Shown piece after piece: positions 1-13,200 of a stretch of 64,000 nucleotides of DNA. The position numbers and the translations under genes are program-made. The DNA comes from Lepidodermella squamata. Taxonomy: Eukaryota > Animalia > Gastrotricha. Under the pieces are notes generated by a model. The model was not told the DNA's origin and did no database searches. It saw nothing but the letters and a program-made list of their open reading frames with translations. The stretch's first letter is position 1; each line of letters opens with the position of its first letter. Where the stretch lies: positions 1,736,001 through 1,800,000 of the forward strand of contig JBLDXI010000024.1 in the NCBI GenBank assembly GCA_047495785.1, given 5' to 3'.

Positions 1-1601
1 TGGCAGGCAAATTTGTCTTCAAAATTTAAGCATTAAAAACATTAACCGGCTGTCTTCACATGACATTAATTCTAATAATAAAGAACATAGGGTGGAAAAA
101 CAGGAAAATTAGTGACGAAACTGAACAAGTGGAAAAAGGAAGGGGCGGTGTAAATAACAGAATAGGAAGTATATAAGAAAAATGCAGCATTTTCCTTACA
201 GTTGAAGATGCGTATTCATGCGTATAAAAATCGGCTGTGCTAACGGAAAAAGGGGCGAGCATGCGGTTTATATTGTAACTAATAAAACGTGCCTGTAGTA
301 ACAACATGCAGCGATCTTCGTTGTTATTTGGATGTGCGAACGGATGCAAATAAAAAAATTACAACCAGCGCCCTATTAGTATTATTATTATCAAGCATTA
401 CGGGAACTCGCTGCCTTTTTCATGTTAGGTTTTTTCGCATTTTTTATTACCGCTATACACACTCAAAGAACACCCTACACAAAACAACAATCATCAGGGG
501 GTTTATATCGCTAGCATTATTTGGACAGGCGTTGCTAGCTCGGCACGTGGCTCGTGCACCCTGTAATAATAATATTAATTTGGTGTTCATTAGCCACATC
601 TACGTGAATACACCCTGAATAGGAGGCGAACACGGGGCATTTCACGGGCCTAAGAGAGCCCGCGCGCGCTCGCGTCAGCTGTTGCCGTGCTCAGCGGCTG
701 CGACTCGAGCCGAAAAGACACGCTGATCGTAATAATTCCGAAATAGTAGTAATACTACACCATAAAAATGCGGACAAGCTGTGCTGGCATTTTTTGATAT
801 TATACGTACATCACACCCACACCAGAAAATAAAAACAGCGCATTTCGTCGACACTCTCGGGCAGCTGCGATGATTAGGATCGCACAAAATATGTTCGAAA
901 TAATAATTATAACAGAATCACCAGCCAAAAAAATGCGGCTCACCTTATTTTGTAGGAAACTACGCTTTCCAGTCACGCGCTAATTAAGCAATTTTTTACA
1001 CCCAGAATCGCTTCCTTTTCTCCCTAGATTTTCTTGTTAGTAGTGTTAATAAAGTAGTTCACCACACAAACGATGTAAAACAAATTGAATTTCAGTTATC
1101 CGTTTTTTATATCATTTTTACTCTTCAAAACAAGAGTCGTCATCATTATCATCGCAACCGAATTTCCGAACATCGAATGACAACGATGTTAATTTTGTTT
1201 ACAACACTATTATCAAGATATTCGGGGTTAGTTGTGTACACATTCAAGTAGAAAAAAACCGTTAACAACCAGCTTTCACATTATTTTTAACAATAAGCGT
1301 TTGCAACACACATGAACGATGAAAAACGCGACACAAAAAAACGAGAACTGACCAGCCATGGAAATTTTGTACATATTTACACATTCATAATCAGCTATTA
1401 TTTACAAGTTTCGTTCCTTTCGCTGTTTCGTCGAAAGAGTGATATAATAACTAGCTGATCTTCAGTCGAAAACGAGGAGGTATTCTTCGGGTCAATATTT
1501 CCACGCATTTAATTTAATATTAACTTTTCTTTCGGTTGATAGTAAAAATATATTTAATATTAGTCTGCCGATGTCTCTTTTAAGAGCCACTACCACTACT
1601 C

Positions 1602-1641
1602 TCGACTGATGAGTGACGTCAAGAGTTCCGAAATGTTTCGA
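1602..1641 (+). ncRNA. Possible degenerate minimal type I hammerhead ribozyme motif
   Basis: TCGA-CTGATGA-GTGAC/loop/GTTCC-GAAA-TG-TT-TCGA: both core boxes present, 4-bp stem I, stem II with one mismatch. Confidence 0.3.
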
Positions 1642-2314
1642 AAAAAAAACGATTTCATATGCACGTCTAATTTTTAGGGAGAGAAAATCGAAATATAATT
1701 GCCATGATTAAGTAAACTCACGAGCGATCGATACATGCTCCTGTAAAGCTGCATTCATTTTTTCAAGATAGTTTTTTTGATGAAAACCAATGATGTCAGT
1801 ATTGGCGAGTATACATGAACAGTGAAACATTAAAGGAAACATAACTAGCTTTGCTTGTAAATATATATATAACTTTCAACGCAATAAGTAATACAAAAGT
1901 ACCCGAAGAAACAGAAGAAAGAGATTTGTTAGTGTTAGTTTAAACATATCTACCGATAGTTTTGAAGCTTTCCAATTCTGTAGAAAACATTGTCTGATTT
2001 TTTTCGTGCTAACAATCGTGGTTCAACACAATTATGGGTTTCATTTTCCAAGTCAAAAAATATATGTGAGCAAGAAATTTTGTTTCAGTAATATATAGGT
2101 ATATCAAACTTGTGCGCGCGTGAAGTGACATGATGAAGACCTCGGGACACACACACAATGACTAACAGATCAGCTTAATAAGAGAGGAAATCCGGAAGTA
2201 CAAAATCTTAAAAAATCCACCCTAATTTTTCCTAACATTTTTCGGCTCTTATTAAATCGATCTGGGGCTATTAAACCGAGAAGGATTAAGTTATATAAGT
2301 AAGGATCAGATTTG

Positions 2315-5300
2315 TCACTCCTCGTCGTCGCCTTCATCGGTCGACGTGCCGGAATGCTCGACAGACGAAGCTTGCACGAGTGGCTGCGTCGACGAAGTAG
2401 CGGATGAATACTTGGTTAAATGCGCGCCGAATTCACCGTACCGCGGCGGGTCGATAACAGTCGTGTAAGGGCAGGGCTGAGCTTCTTGATTGCGATGCAT
2501 TTCTCTCAACTGATTTTGAACGCCTAGTATTGTCTTTTTCACATGCAACGCGCTGTTTCGCACGGTTGGATCTCGGTCCCATAGCTCGACGACTAACCGG
2601 CCGAGGGTTGTGAGGATTCTTTTGTGAGCGGGGCAACAATCTGGTCGGGGTTCAACAAACCGGGGCGGAATGACGGGACGTTCTTGCCGACGACACACGG
2701 CCTCCAACATGTCTTCGTCGGACGGATCTGAGGGGACGAGATTAGAGTAGGGCAAGGCATACTCGTCAGCAGGCGATTCGCTGTGGATGTTGCACCGCGT
2801 CAGGATTTCCCAGAGCACGAGGCCGAAGGCGTACAGATCAGCAGCTATGTACGAATCGAAAGAACTGGCGTGGAATGAGCCGTCGAGAAGTTCCGGCGCC
2901 ATGTATCGCCGCGTTCCGACACGCAGGTTAAATGGAATATCCAAGCTTTGAGTCGACGCGGTGTATTTTACAGCGAGACCTTGAATAAACACAGAAAACA
3001 AAGCACGTCAGCGTCGGCAATTCAAGTATTCATTAAAACAACAAGATTAGTGGTCGTAAATTGAATAATAAGGATTATGATTGATAACACTGAGTCTTGT
3101 GTTAATAACACTGAGAAGCCAGACTATATCACACCTCGCGAGTAACTAAGTAGGAACCAACCTTTACGCCTCTGGCCTTCAACTCGTTACATAAATTGCA
3201 CTCGTATAAATTTTGAAAAACATTAACGGCTATTTCAGAGAAGCAAGTTTTTCACAGATAAAACAAGCTAGGCCATTTGCGCGGTGTTTGTCACGGCCAG
3301 ACGCAATAAAATAATCCGTTAAAAAATGTTGTCCAAGCTAAAAATCTCCTCAGTTGTAGTTTTTATCTTATCTTAATTGTCTGGCAATTTTTTTGCCAGA
3401 CTTGTCTCAGAACAGACATCCGTTGTAGAGTGGGTGGCTCTTATTTCGGTCTGGCCTCAAATTATTCGGACAATTGAGGGTCGCTGACACATCTTGAACC
3501 AGGCTGAATTTGGTGTCATTCTCAAGTTCATGGGCTGATGACGAATTTCGATAGTTCAGCCGAAAAAGTCAAATTTAAGCTTGCTTACGTGAGTTTCATG
3601 AACATATAAACGAACATGAGCAACGATATTCGTCATGGAGGGCTTTCGAATGACACAAAATTTGGCTGGGTTGAAGTTAACCTTGATGCGACCGAAAAAA
3701 CCCCAAATTAGAGCCACCCATTGTATGTTGTATGACTAAAATTTTCAAAATTATCAACATCTCTTGCTTCATTTAAAGCAGTCAGTGTGTTTCAGCTTTC
3801 ATCCATGTTGCGAAGTGAGATAATACTCCTCTCAAAATAGCTATTTCCAATATATATTTATTTTCCAATAATATTTAATTTTAAATTAGCCACCTTAAAA
3901 ATTCAAATTTTCGTCCATTTTTTCTTCCTAGAGACGAATCTTTATATTAAAAACTGCGGAAGAATTTTCTGACGTTGTGTTATATTGACCAGGAGTCCTC
4001 CTTCACTTCTACATATAATTTCTAAACGGTCTTTCGATGTAATCTGAGTAAGTTTTTTTACAGATACTTTTCATTTTTTCAATCCTCTATTTTCTTCCAT
4101 TTAACAGTTTTATTGTATATTTATGTGTAAAATGGTAAAGCAGGCTTACCAAAGTCAGCAATGCAGGCCGAGAGATGACTCGTAACTAGAATGTTTTTCG
4201 ATTTGAGGTCGCGATGAGCAATCGCGGGTTTGCCCTGATTGCCTGGAATTTCCATGTGCAAATGAGCGACTCCAGCTGCAACACCCATGGCGAGGCGGAG
4301 GGCGATCCGCAACGATACGGTTTCCATGGTCAGGAAATCGAACAGCGAGCCGCGGGCGTGGAATGACGTGACTAACCATAATTGCGTAGTGAGACCCGTA
4401 TCTAAGAAATAACAACAACGCAAATATGTAATTACGCCGCATTTAAATAGCCAACGTATTTTTTATCACTTCTGCGTTTTCCTCAAAAAAATTCAATTGC
4501 GTTTCGCACTTCCTCGAATATTTGTTGAAAATTCATATCGCAATCAGGTTTTTAGCTCTCTGTTATTATGAGCACCGCACAAGGATCAAATTTCACGCGC
4601 ACGCCCACTTGACTTTCACAGCTTGCCAATTCAACAAGACACACGTTCGTTTTTTATGCCTTCATGGACAGTTTCAAAGTTTAATGGCGCACTTTTTGCG
4701 ACGATTTCTGCCATAAAAGTTCACGATGGCCATAAAATTTCTGCACGGTAGCCCCTTCACTTTTGAACTCTAATTGGCTATCCTTACGAAAAAAATGCAC
4801 GTAATCCTCATATTATGTGGCCTTTTACAGAAGCGTTGGGAAAATAAGCCGGCCGCAAAAATCTAACTGGCCGGGGTTGCGCGAGATGTGAGAAATAACA
4901 CAACGTGTGTTAAGAACGCTCATAGTTCATCAAGCGGCCGATGTTATTTTCAGTTTGCGCTACACGAAGATGAAAAAACAACAAGGTTGAAGCCTACCAC
5001 GGCAACGTCCATTTCAATTAACATACAATTTCATACTCGAGAATCTCCATCTTAAAACAAGCACAATGATTTTCCTTCACGTACATTCAAGGTTGGAAAA
5101 ATCCGAAAAAATGAGATCAATCAGACAGAAAATGGCGGTATTTATAGATTTCGAGGACAACTGAGATAATCCACCTCAATTTCCTGATTTATAAAACTCG
5201 ATTGAAAGTGACACAGCGATCAATTTTGTTAATCTACCCGTCTCTTACTTTCCTTTTTGAAGAGATTACTTTCGAGATCCGTGGTATAGTTACTTAGTAG

Positions 5301-6922
5301 TTGAAGTATCGAATATCGCAATAACCAACGTGCATCTCAAATTATCTTACGCATGCGTAATGCCAAGGTTGGCGCGAGTGCGATGAAAACACGCAGGTAA
5401 TTAAAATTTAATGAGAGAACACTCACCTTTCGAGTCAGCGGCGACAAACGTAAGCACGTTCTTGTGCCGCATCGTAAGAGCATTGTATATTTCGATTTCA
5501 CGAGCCCACGACTGCTGCTCGCGAGACGGAAAGACTTTAACAGCCACACGGCCGCCAACCCATGACCCGGAATACACCTCGCCATACCGGCCTTTACCCA
5601 CCAGCTGACCGAGTTGTATCTGCCTAGCCACGGTTCGAGTGCCGAGTAAGGGTCGCCCGGACCCGGAACCCGATGTTGAAAATTCGGCGTTGAACTGCGA
5701 ATTATTTAGCTGTTGACTGCGATTATTTCCGGTCGAGTTGGTGGTCGGGGGTAGTAGCGATTCACCGGTTTGCATCGTGCTCGAATTTTCGAGGGTGGTC
5801 GGAGATAACCGGCCGTTACCATTCGAGCCGATCACCACATTCGGGTAACGACCGCCGTTACCGAAAATCCTCGGCAGCCTGCGATTCGACCCGATAGGCC
5901 GGCCTGGTTTATAAATAGGACCAGTACCGTTACTGAACGAAATCGACTCGCCGTTTTGAGTGCCGCCGTGATTGAACAACATTTGACTATCAGGCTGGTG
6001 AGAAATACTGGTTGTAACCGTACCGGGCGTGGTTGAACCATGTGAAGGGCGCCGGCGGGAGAAGGCCGACGAAAACGCGACCAGCCAGCCGTTCCGCCTG
6101 GCTGACATTGAATTCTGCGTTGTTGGTGTACTAGACATTGACCGGTTATTCATTTCAGACTCCTGACGCCGGCATGTCCGGTCGTACTCGAGTTTATATT
6201 TCACAATACGGTTCCAAGAAAACAGAGCGAAAAATGATATCGCGACAAAGACAACGCAGATTATGATTATCGTTAAAATCATTGAAAAATGGTTCGAAGA
6301 CGTAGCGATTGCCGCGCAAAATTTGTCGATCTGAATCGGCTCGGTGCCGTGCCATTTTTCTTTGATTTTCAACACCATATCCGCATCACACATTTGCTGC
6401 TGAATTTCAGCTATTGTCTTATTGTTGCAAAAATCACTAGTCGCGCAGCAATACTGGAAAGTATGAATCGGGCCGAGATGGCTGTTATGAGCTGAGAATG
6501 GCGCATCTTCGTTGCAGTGCATATTCAACGGGGCGAACATTGGCTGTTCACAGTGCGGATTGATAGACCATTCCAGCGTGTTGACCTCTATCATAATTTC
6601 GACGAGACAAAACCCGTCATGGGCGTCGTGCCTCAAATCGCAGTACTGCTGCTTCGAATTCACATATTTCGGATCGCCCGTCGCGTTCAGATTATTACAT
6701 GCCGGCAAATGAGGCGGTGGCTGTTGATTTCCCCAGTCGCAGAAACATCGATTTACTGTGAATAAAACGAAAAAAAAGGAAAATGCAAACAACATAAAAA
6801 ACACTCATTTAAGACGAAAAATATGCAATACCTTTAGTAATAGAGCAGTTTACGTTATAAACCAGGAAGAACAGAACAAAGAACAGCCCGGAGCGCAGCA
6901 ACCGTTCAGCTAGTGACGGCAT
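2315..6922 (-). CDS. TGF-beta family type I receptor Ser/Thr kinase, most similar to the ALK4/5/7 (activin/TGF-beta, Babo) class; 4 exons (6922-6832, 6755-5427, 4401-4150, 2979-2315)
   Basis: Signal peptide exon [21 protein letters not shown]; Cys-box CCATSDFCN; TM helix; GS box STSGSGSG; [35 protein letters not shown]45 loop [16 protein letters not shown] and [16 protein letters not shown] resemble ALK5. All introns are GT-AG and phase-consistent. Confidence 0.93.
3428..3723. mobile_element. Palindromic MITE (Tc1/mariner-like, TA-flanked) in receptor intron 3
   Basis: Imperfect TIRs tagagtgggtggctcttattt / aaattagagccacccattgta, plus an internal inverted pair (aatttggtgtcattc / gaatgacacaaaattt). 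Confidence 0.6.
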
Positions 6923-7199
6923 TGGGCGATCGTGTGATGGCGGTTTTTCGATAGCCAAGAGGCATTTACCGGTAATAAGTCGTCATTAAGCTAAAAATCG
7001 AAAGGCTAATTCCTAAACACGATGAAAACAATAAAAATTAATGAATTATTAATCCAGACAACTACGAGCAAGCGATCAATTGCAACTGCGATCGAATCCC
7101 CATGAGCATCATTAGTCAATACGACGGTTTGTAACCAAATCAACCAGTAAAATCAATAACAAGGCATTTAAAATAATATCGGTATCAATATCATCACAT

Positions 7200-7979
7200 T
7201 CAAAGTGTTGATGTGGCAAGAGTAGACCAAATAGTAGTGGCTGCGAATGTTAGAAATAAAAGGCCACCAGCAAATGTTAACGTTCTAACAGAAATAAAAC
7301 GAGCCGCGGTTCTGCCGGCTACTACTGCAAGCATGGTACACACGCAATGCGCGACAAATCCACCGAAAAACACGCTAACCATCTCATTGCTTTGAGATGC
7401 GAGAATGAGGGTACTAATTTGGCTGCGATCGCCCCATTCCGCGACAAATGTGAGCGCGAATGATTCGACCAGAGCCGGAGAAAAGCATTTTCGCATTCTG
7501 TCCAAAAATCTAGCCATCATGCCCCGAATTCCTGTCCCTTCCTCCTTTGATAGTAAGCTCTCATTGTCCATTTCACTCGCGATGGATTCATCCGACATTT
7601 TGCATGCCTCTTGTATTGATTGAACTCCGACGACTCCGAATAACACGGCACCGAGATATTGCGTAACATTACGCGGAATGACTGAAGTAGCATAGCCTAA
7701 CAGGCATGATAAAAAATGCATAAGGCCTAAACTAAACGCCGCTCCGGCGAATACTAGCAAGCGAGGATAACGCGCGGCAAGCATTGCTGCAATGATGAAA
7801 GTTTTGTCACCAAGCTCATTCAGAATAATCATCGAGAATGTCGACATGAATGTAACAGCGAAAGAGCTTTGTCCATCCTCATCTCCCGACATTAGGTTTT
7901 CTGCGGTCGCATCAACTGCAGCAGTAGCCTCCGGCGCTAACACCGCGGCACGGCCGACAGGAAGAAAGTTCATGCGCAT
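7200..7979 (-). CDS. TMEM165: GDT1/TMEM165 (UPF0016) Golgi Ca2+/Mn2+ antiporter, single coding exon
   Basis: Both family motifs ELGDKTF and EWGDRSQ; hydrophobic helices. Start may be ATG 7979 or 7973. Confidence 0.92.
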   Translation of the reverse strand: MRMNFLPVGRAAVLAPEATAAVDATAENLMSGDEDGQSSFAVTFMSTFSMIILNELGDKTFIIAAMLAARYPRLLVFAGAAFSLGLMHFLSCLLGYATSVIPRNVTQYLGAVLFGVVGVQSIQEACKMSDESIASEMDNESLLSKEEGTGIRGMMARFLDRMRKCFSPALVESFALTFVAEWGDRSQISTLILASQSNEMVSVFFGGFVAHCVCTMLAVVAGRTAARFISVRTLTFAGGLLFLTFAATTIWSTLATSTL

Positions 7980-10229
7980 TGCCAAATTGCGAAAATGGGA
8001 GGAATAAAGTTTAACTCAGAGCATGTAGCGAAGACCCTTTTGTAAGTCTGTTCACTGATCTATCAAAAATTTTCGACCGGATGATTATTATTAGAAATAT
8101 AAATATGCAATGGAACAATTCTCCAAAGTCAAGCACAAAATGAGAGGCTCCAAGCATAAGGATGGCTGATGGCCCCCGATTATCACATCAATAACAGCCA
8201 GCTAAACAAAAATTCTAGTGGCGTAGGATGCAATATTGCTTATTGTCTATAACGTAAGAGTAAAAAGCTGCAGAATAAAAACACTTGGAATCTAGCGTTG
8301 AAACCTCAACTCTTATCAGAAGCACACTGTTTGCGACCACTGGCAATGATACGGAATAAAAAGCGCATAATTAACTACAAGATTAAGTATACAAATTAAT
8401 AATAAAAATAGGGAAGCGGCTTCACTTTTTAATCCGATAGAATGAATGGATGTTTGATCTGCGTTATTAGCTGATGAAAGATGAAAGTATGAATATTTCC
8501 AAACGTAGCTGGAGGAGCGCCACTTCTCGACTTAGTCGGGATACATGCGTGCGGTTATTAGAGAACGTAATATGATACAACCGGATAAAACAGCTAATAA
8601 ATATCTTCAGAACCAAGTGCTGCTCTTCAATAATGGCTAGGAAACTCCCAAATCTACTACAGATGGCGCAGGAGTTTCTAATCGGACAAGCAAACGCTGA
8701 GTAGCAATACAGAAGCCACTGGACTGATTGTATCAATTTAGAACAAGTTTCCTACTAAAAAATGCCTTCCAAAGGCTGCACTCAGGCGATTCGATGGGCG
8801 ATAGGCGATGTTGCGCATTCGCTACCTTTTACCATGCAGGATCATGTCGCTTGAAATTAACGTTCAAGATGTCACACATATGTTACTTACACTCGACTGT
8901 TAACAAGTGGCTATTCGAAAAATATTCAATCGGCAATCGGAAACGTCTATCGTTAATTCTTAATTCTCATGGTTGGTTAAATGAATAAAAGCATCCACTC
9001 GATTACTGCCCTCAACATCGATAAGGATTCCTTATTCTTACGAAGAAAACACACGAAGAAACACAGGAAGAAAACAAGAAGACGTTTCTTATTCGACAAC
9101 TCTGCCATAAATTCTATAACGTTAAGTTAAAGTGATTTAAGAACTACAAATTCTTATCAGAGAGTGAAATATATATTGATAGCTAAATAATAGAAGGTGA
9201 GAGCTTTTTACTGTTTAATGAAATCCCGAGCGAGAATTCAGTTGAACAGTAATCTGTGATCTGCGGTTACTCAAACACATCTAAATAGTGAACTGGAACA
9301 ATAGATCACGGCTGATCACGCCTGTATCTCACGGCAAGGCATACTGAGATAAAGACAGCAGGCAGATACCGCCTTTGCAATAGAACAGCAAGTCAAAGAG
9401 TTATTACGCTCTGCACTAAATTTGGCCCCATCCGTCGAAGAGGAAACCACGTGCTGACGTTTTCAGAACGTTAAGGTGTAGTTTAGTTCCTAGCTGCTTA
9501 CGAGGTCCCTAACCCGGCAATACATTCACTGCTGATGTTCTCTACAGGGAGCAGGCATAAAAATGCGTTTCCGCTAACTCGGCAAAGCCTAATAACGCTG
9601 CTGTAAAAAGACACTTACAAACTGCAAAAAGACGGCTGATAAAAACAAAAGAATGATAGCTATTTCGTGTATCGTTTACGGGTTGTACGTGTACGTTTTA
9701 CGCAACCTGTGGCTGGAGCGATGAACTTCTTCCGCAAACCACATAATCGCCCCTTTTCCCGTCGTTCAATAGCCAACTTTTAGTAACCCTCTATTTCCAA
9801 ATAATATCAACACCCAATCAATGCAACATAAAAATTGTTTTTAAATAACTCAATAAATTCAAGTGTTTGATAAGAATGTTTTGATATGAAAACCAAATGA
9901 CAAAAAATCACCTTGGCAACGATGATAATTCATTAAACGCATAGGCGAGACCCTCTCGTACACAGTAGCGCGTGGCCAAAGAAGATCTCCAACTCTAAAT
10001 GTCATATTTTGCCCTAATTCATGCAATAGTTGGCGTTGCTAGCTATCTCAATATAATTATTCTTGGAAAATGCTTTATTTTGGAGAAAGCCGACCCCGTT
10101 GTTATCAAATCGTGTTGGTCGATTTCGATCTGTTACTTTATAGTCGATTTTTGCGCATGAGTTTATGCAATCCTTCCATCATATCTAAATTATGCAGTTT
10201 AGAGTTTTGTAAGAACCTTGATTTGTGTG

Positions 10230-13200
10230 ATGGAAAGTCAAGATGGTAAAGTGGAGCAGCCTGAGTTGGCGCCCGCCGAGCCTTCGACTGATGACATTTC
10301 CGTTGGTGAAGCTGGTGCTTCAGATTTAGCAAACGCCACTGGTAGTGACGAAAATACCCAAGATGCCTCAAAAGAAGATACCAAAGACAGCCAGGATAAT
10401 GCCGCTGAATCAAATCCGGCTGACACTGTTCTGCCGTCTTCCGAGGAAAACAAGAATGAAATGGCTGACAACGAGGCGCAGCTAACAACAGACATTTCCC
10501 AAGGTACCAACGATCAAATTTCTGCTGAAGCTTCACAGGGAGAAAAAGAAGCGACTGAAGTACAAGATGGAGCCGGGCGTGAGGGGAGCATGGCGTCTTC
10601 CAGCAGAGCCGAGCTAGCGATAGATACCGCTACGCCTCATCCCGAGGACGGCATTGAAGGCGAAAGTGAAAGTCGTGTTTTGGGCCGAGAATCTTCAGAA
10701 ATGGAGATCGCTGGAGCTTTGGATAATAGAATAACTCCACAAGAAGAGCCTACTGTGATAGGTATATATCATTAATTAAGGCGAGAACCTTGTAGATGTT
10801 GATTTCTTATCAGATAAGGTCGACGTGAGACCTCCAGCGGAAATTTCAGATGAAAATGACGGACAGCTCGATCCAGGTATTACCCCATCAAAGTGTTTGG
10901 ATGCATTCGCTTATTATTTTCTGAATTCAGACGATGGGCGACTCTCTCCGGCTACGAAAGTTAATATTCGGCGTTCCTCCCTAAAGAAGGGTGCAATCGT
11001 GACTTCGGAGGCCGCTAAGGTCACCTAACCATTTGTAATTTATTTATCTTAGAATAACGCCAGATGTATTTTAGGGAGGCAAAGGAAAGTCTATCCAATT
11101 CAAAGAGGACGATAACAGAGATGGTCTGGAAGCTTCCTCAACCAAAGTGTAAGTTGATGCTTTATTTCTTAATTAATCGTCTATCAGTAAACCCTTGTTT
11201 AGTCCTGAAAACAGCGCACTAGGCTCAGTTCAGCATCACCCATTCGAAGAAAATATTGTCGAAGAGGAAGTCGACAATCTTCATGCTTTGGTATGTACCT
11301 GTTACAGTGGCACTCTTTTCCTACTCATGCAAATGTTTCAGAGTCTTGTTTGGGGATTTGGCATTACTCCTACATTGCCAGTTATCAATCTCACTTCTTC
11401 CGATCAAACTAAAATGTTCTATACCTGCTCGCATATCGGAATACTATACGACTACGTCAATCATCGCCAGCAGTTGCTCCAAGCTCACGTAACTATTAGT
11501 CTTAAATTTACTAATTAAAATTATATAATTAAACTCATTGCATAAAGCGAAACCCGATCAGCTGCAGCGCTGCTAGTGTCAACAGGAGATGGCTTGTAAC
11601 CGCTGACAAAGGGCCTCATAACACAATTGTTGTCTGGGACTCTCATTCAGGGTAAGTAATCCAGCATCTATAGGTTCCTATGGAAAAACTAATTTTGATC
11701 GTTAGGGTGCCTGTGAGGACTATTTTAGACCCTCATCCAAATGATGGCACTGCGGCAGTTGCGATATCCCACGACAATAAATTTATTGCTTCTCTGTCAG
11801 CCGGTCGGCCTCAAGTTTTGGCTATTTGGGACTGGTTGGACGAAACTGTTAATGTCATTGTTGCTGCCCGTTTAGATGTAAGAATATTCGATTTTTTTTC
11901 ATTTCACGTCAAATTGCCTGATTTTTTTCAGCTCAATCATTATGAACAAACGTGGCTCACATTCAAGCCAAATGATCCATTCCAGCTTCTGTCAAATAGC
12001 GATGGTCAAGTTTTGTTCTACGAATGGAATAAAGCAAAACAAACGATTGCTTACTATGCTCCTGTTGTCGATGAAACAATGATAAGCCGCGCTTTGGGAA
12101 AATTCACGAAAACCGAGTACATGAGAGGCGACAAAGAGCAGCGAGCTTTAACAGCTACAACTACAGGCAATTTGATTGTTTGGGAACTTGTTGAAGGCTC
12201 AACGATTCGAGGGCCAGGGTTCACCAAAATTACAATCGCACCGAATTCACTGGCGAACAAAAGGGTGACGAAAATTCTGAAAGTCACCGATAAATGCGTT
12301 GATGTTCTCACAACCATTAATGGTTATGTTGTTTGTGGCGATTCGTCCGGAATTGTTAAATTTCTCGAAAACGACCTAAAAATGCGAAATTGGTTCTATG
12401 ATTTGAATATCGGGCCAATCAAGTCTGTTTCATTCGATTTCGAGCCGAAATTTTCGTTCGAGCCAAGCGAAGGTGGAGCTGGCGCCAAGCAATACACGAG
12501 AGACGCAACTATACCGGCGCATATTTTCCCAATACCAAGCTTCATAGCTTCATCTTCAAGTGGAAATATTGCCCGGTTCAACGCGCCAACTTCTGAAACT
12601 AAAATTTTGCTGAAAATGCAAGACTCACGCGTACATGCGATTGCGGCCCATCCTAGTTTGCCTCTATTGGCAATTTGCGGCTATAATGGCTTCATTCAAA
12701 TGGTCGATTACCGAAGGAAACGTGTTCTTTACTCTACTATGATCGATATCTCATCAGGGGTCGCCGTTCGTTGTTGTACCTTCGACCCATTTGGTGACAT
12801 CCTAGCCCTTGGCTTGACAAATGGAGAAGTATTACTGCTAATTGCGAGTTCACTCCGTCCAGCTATTGAACGGCCTTTAGTCAGCTCTGCTGTCGCTATT
12901 TTACACATCGCCTTTTCGCACGATTGCAAGTACCTGGCTACAGCTGACCAACAGTATACGACCACCTTATTTTGCCAAGGATTTTCTCAGTCTGACCCAT
13001 CGAAGGAAAATTGGATTTATTACGGCCGTTATCGGGCTCATTACAAACCTATTCAAGACCTGCTTTTCGGCATAAATATCGATTCGGGCCGTCCCAGGTT
13101 GTTAACCCTGGGCGTCGATCGGTTTTTGGTCGAGTACGATTTGGACGAAAGCAGCGAGGACAACTTGGTTTTGCTGCGACGCGATCGCATCGAGCAATCT

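Noticed and set aside
56-900. Short ORFs at the window start
   Set aside because: No recognisable domains, splice structure or codon signal; likely non-coding.
10138-10536. Minus-strand ORFs over the CFAP251 N-terminus
   Set aside because: Shadows of the acidic coding exon.
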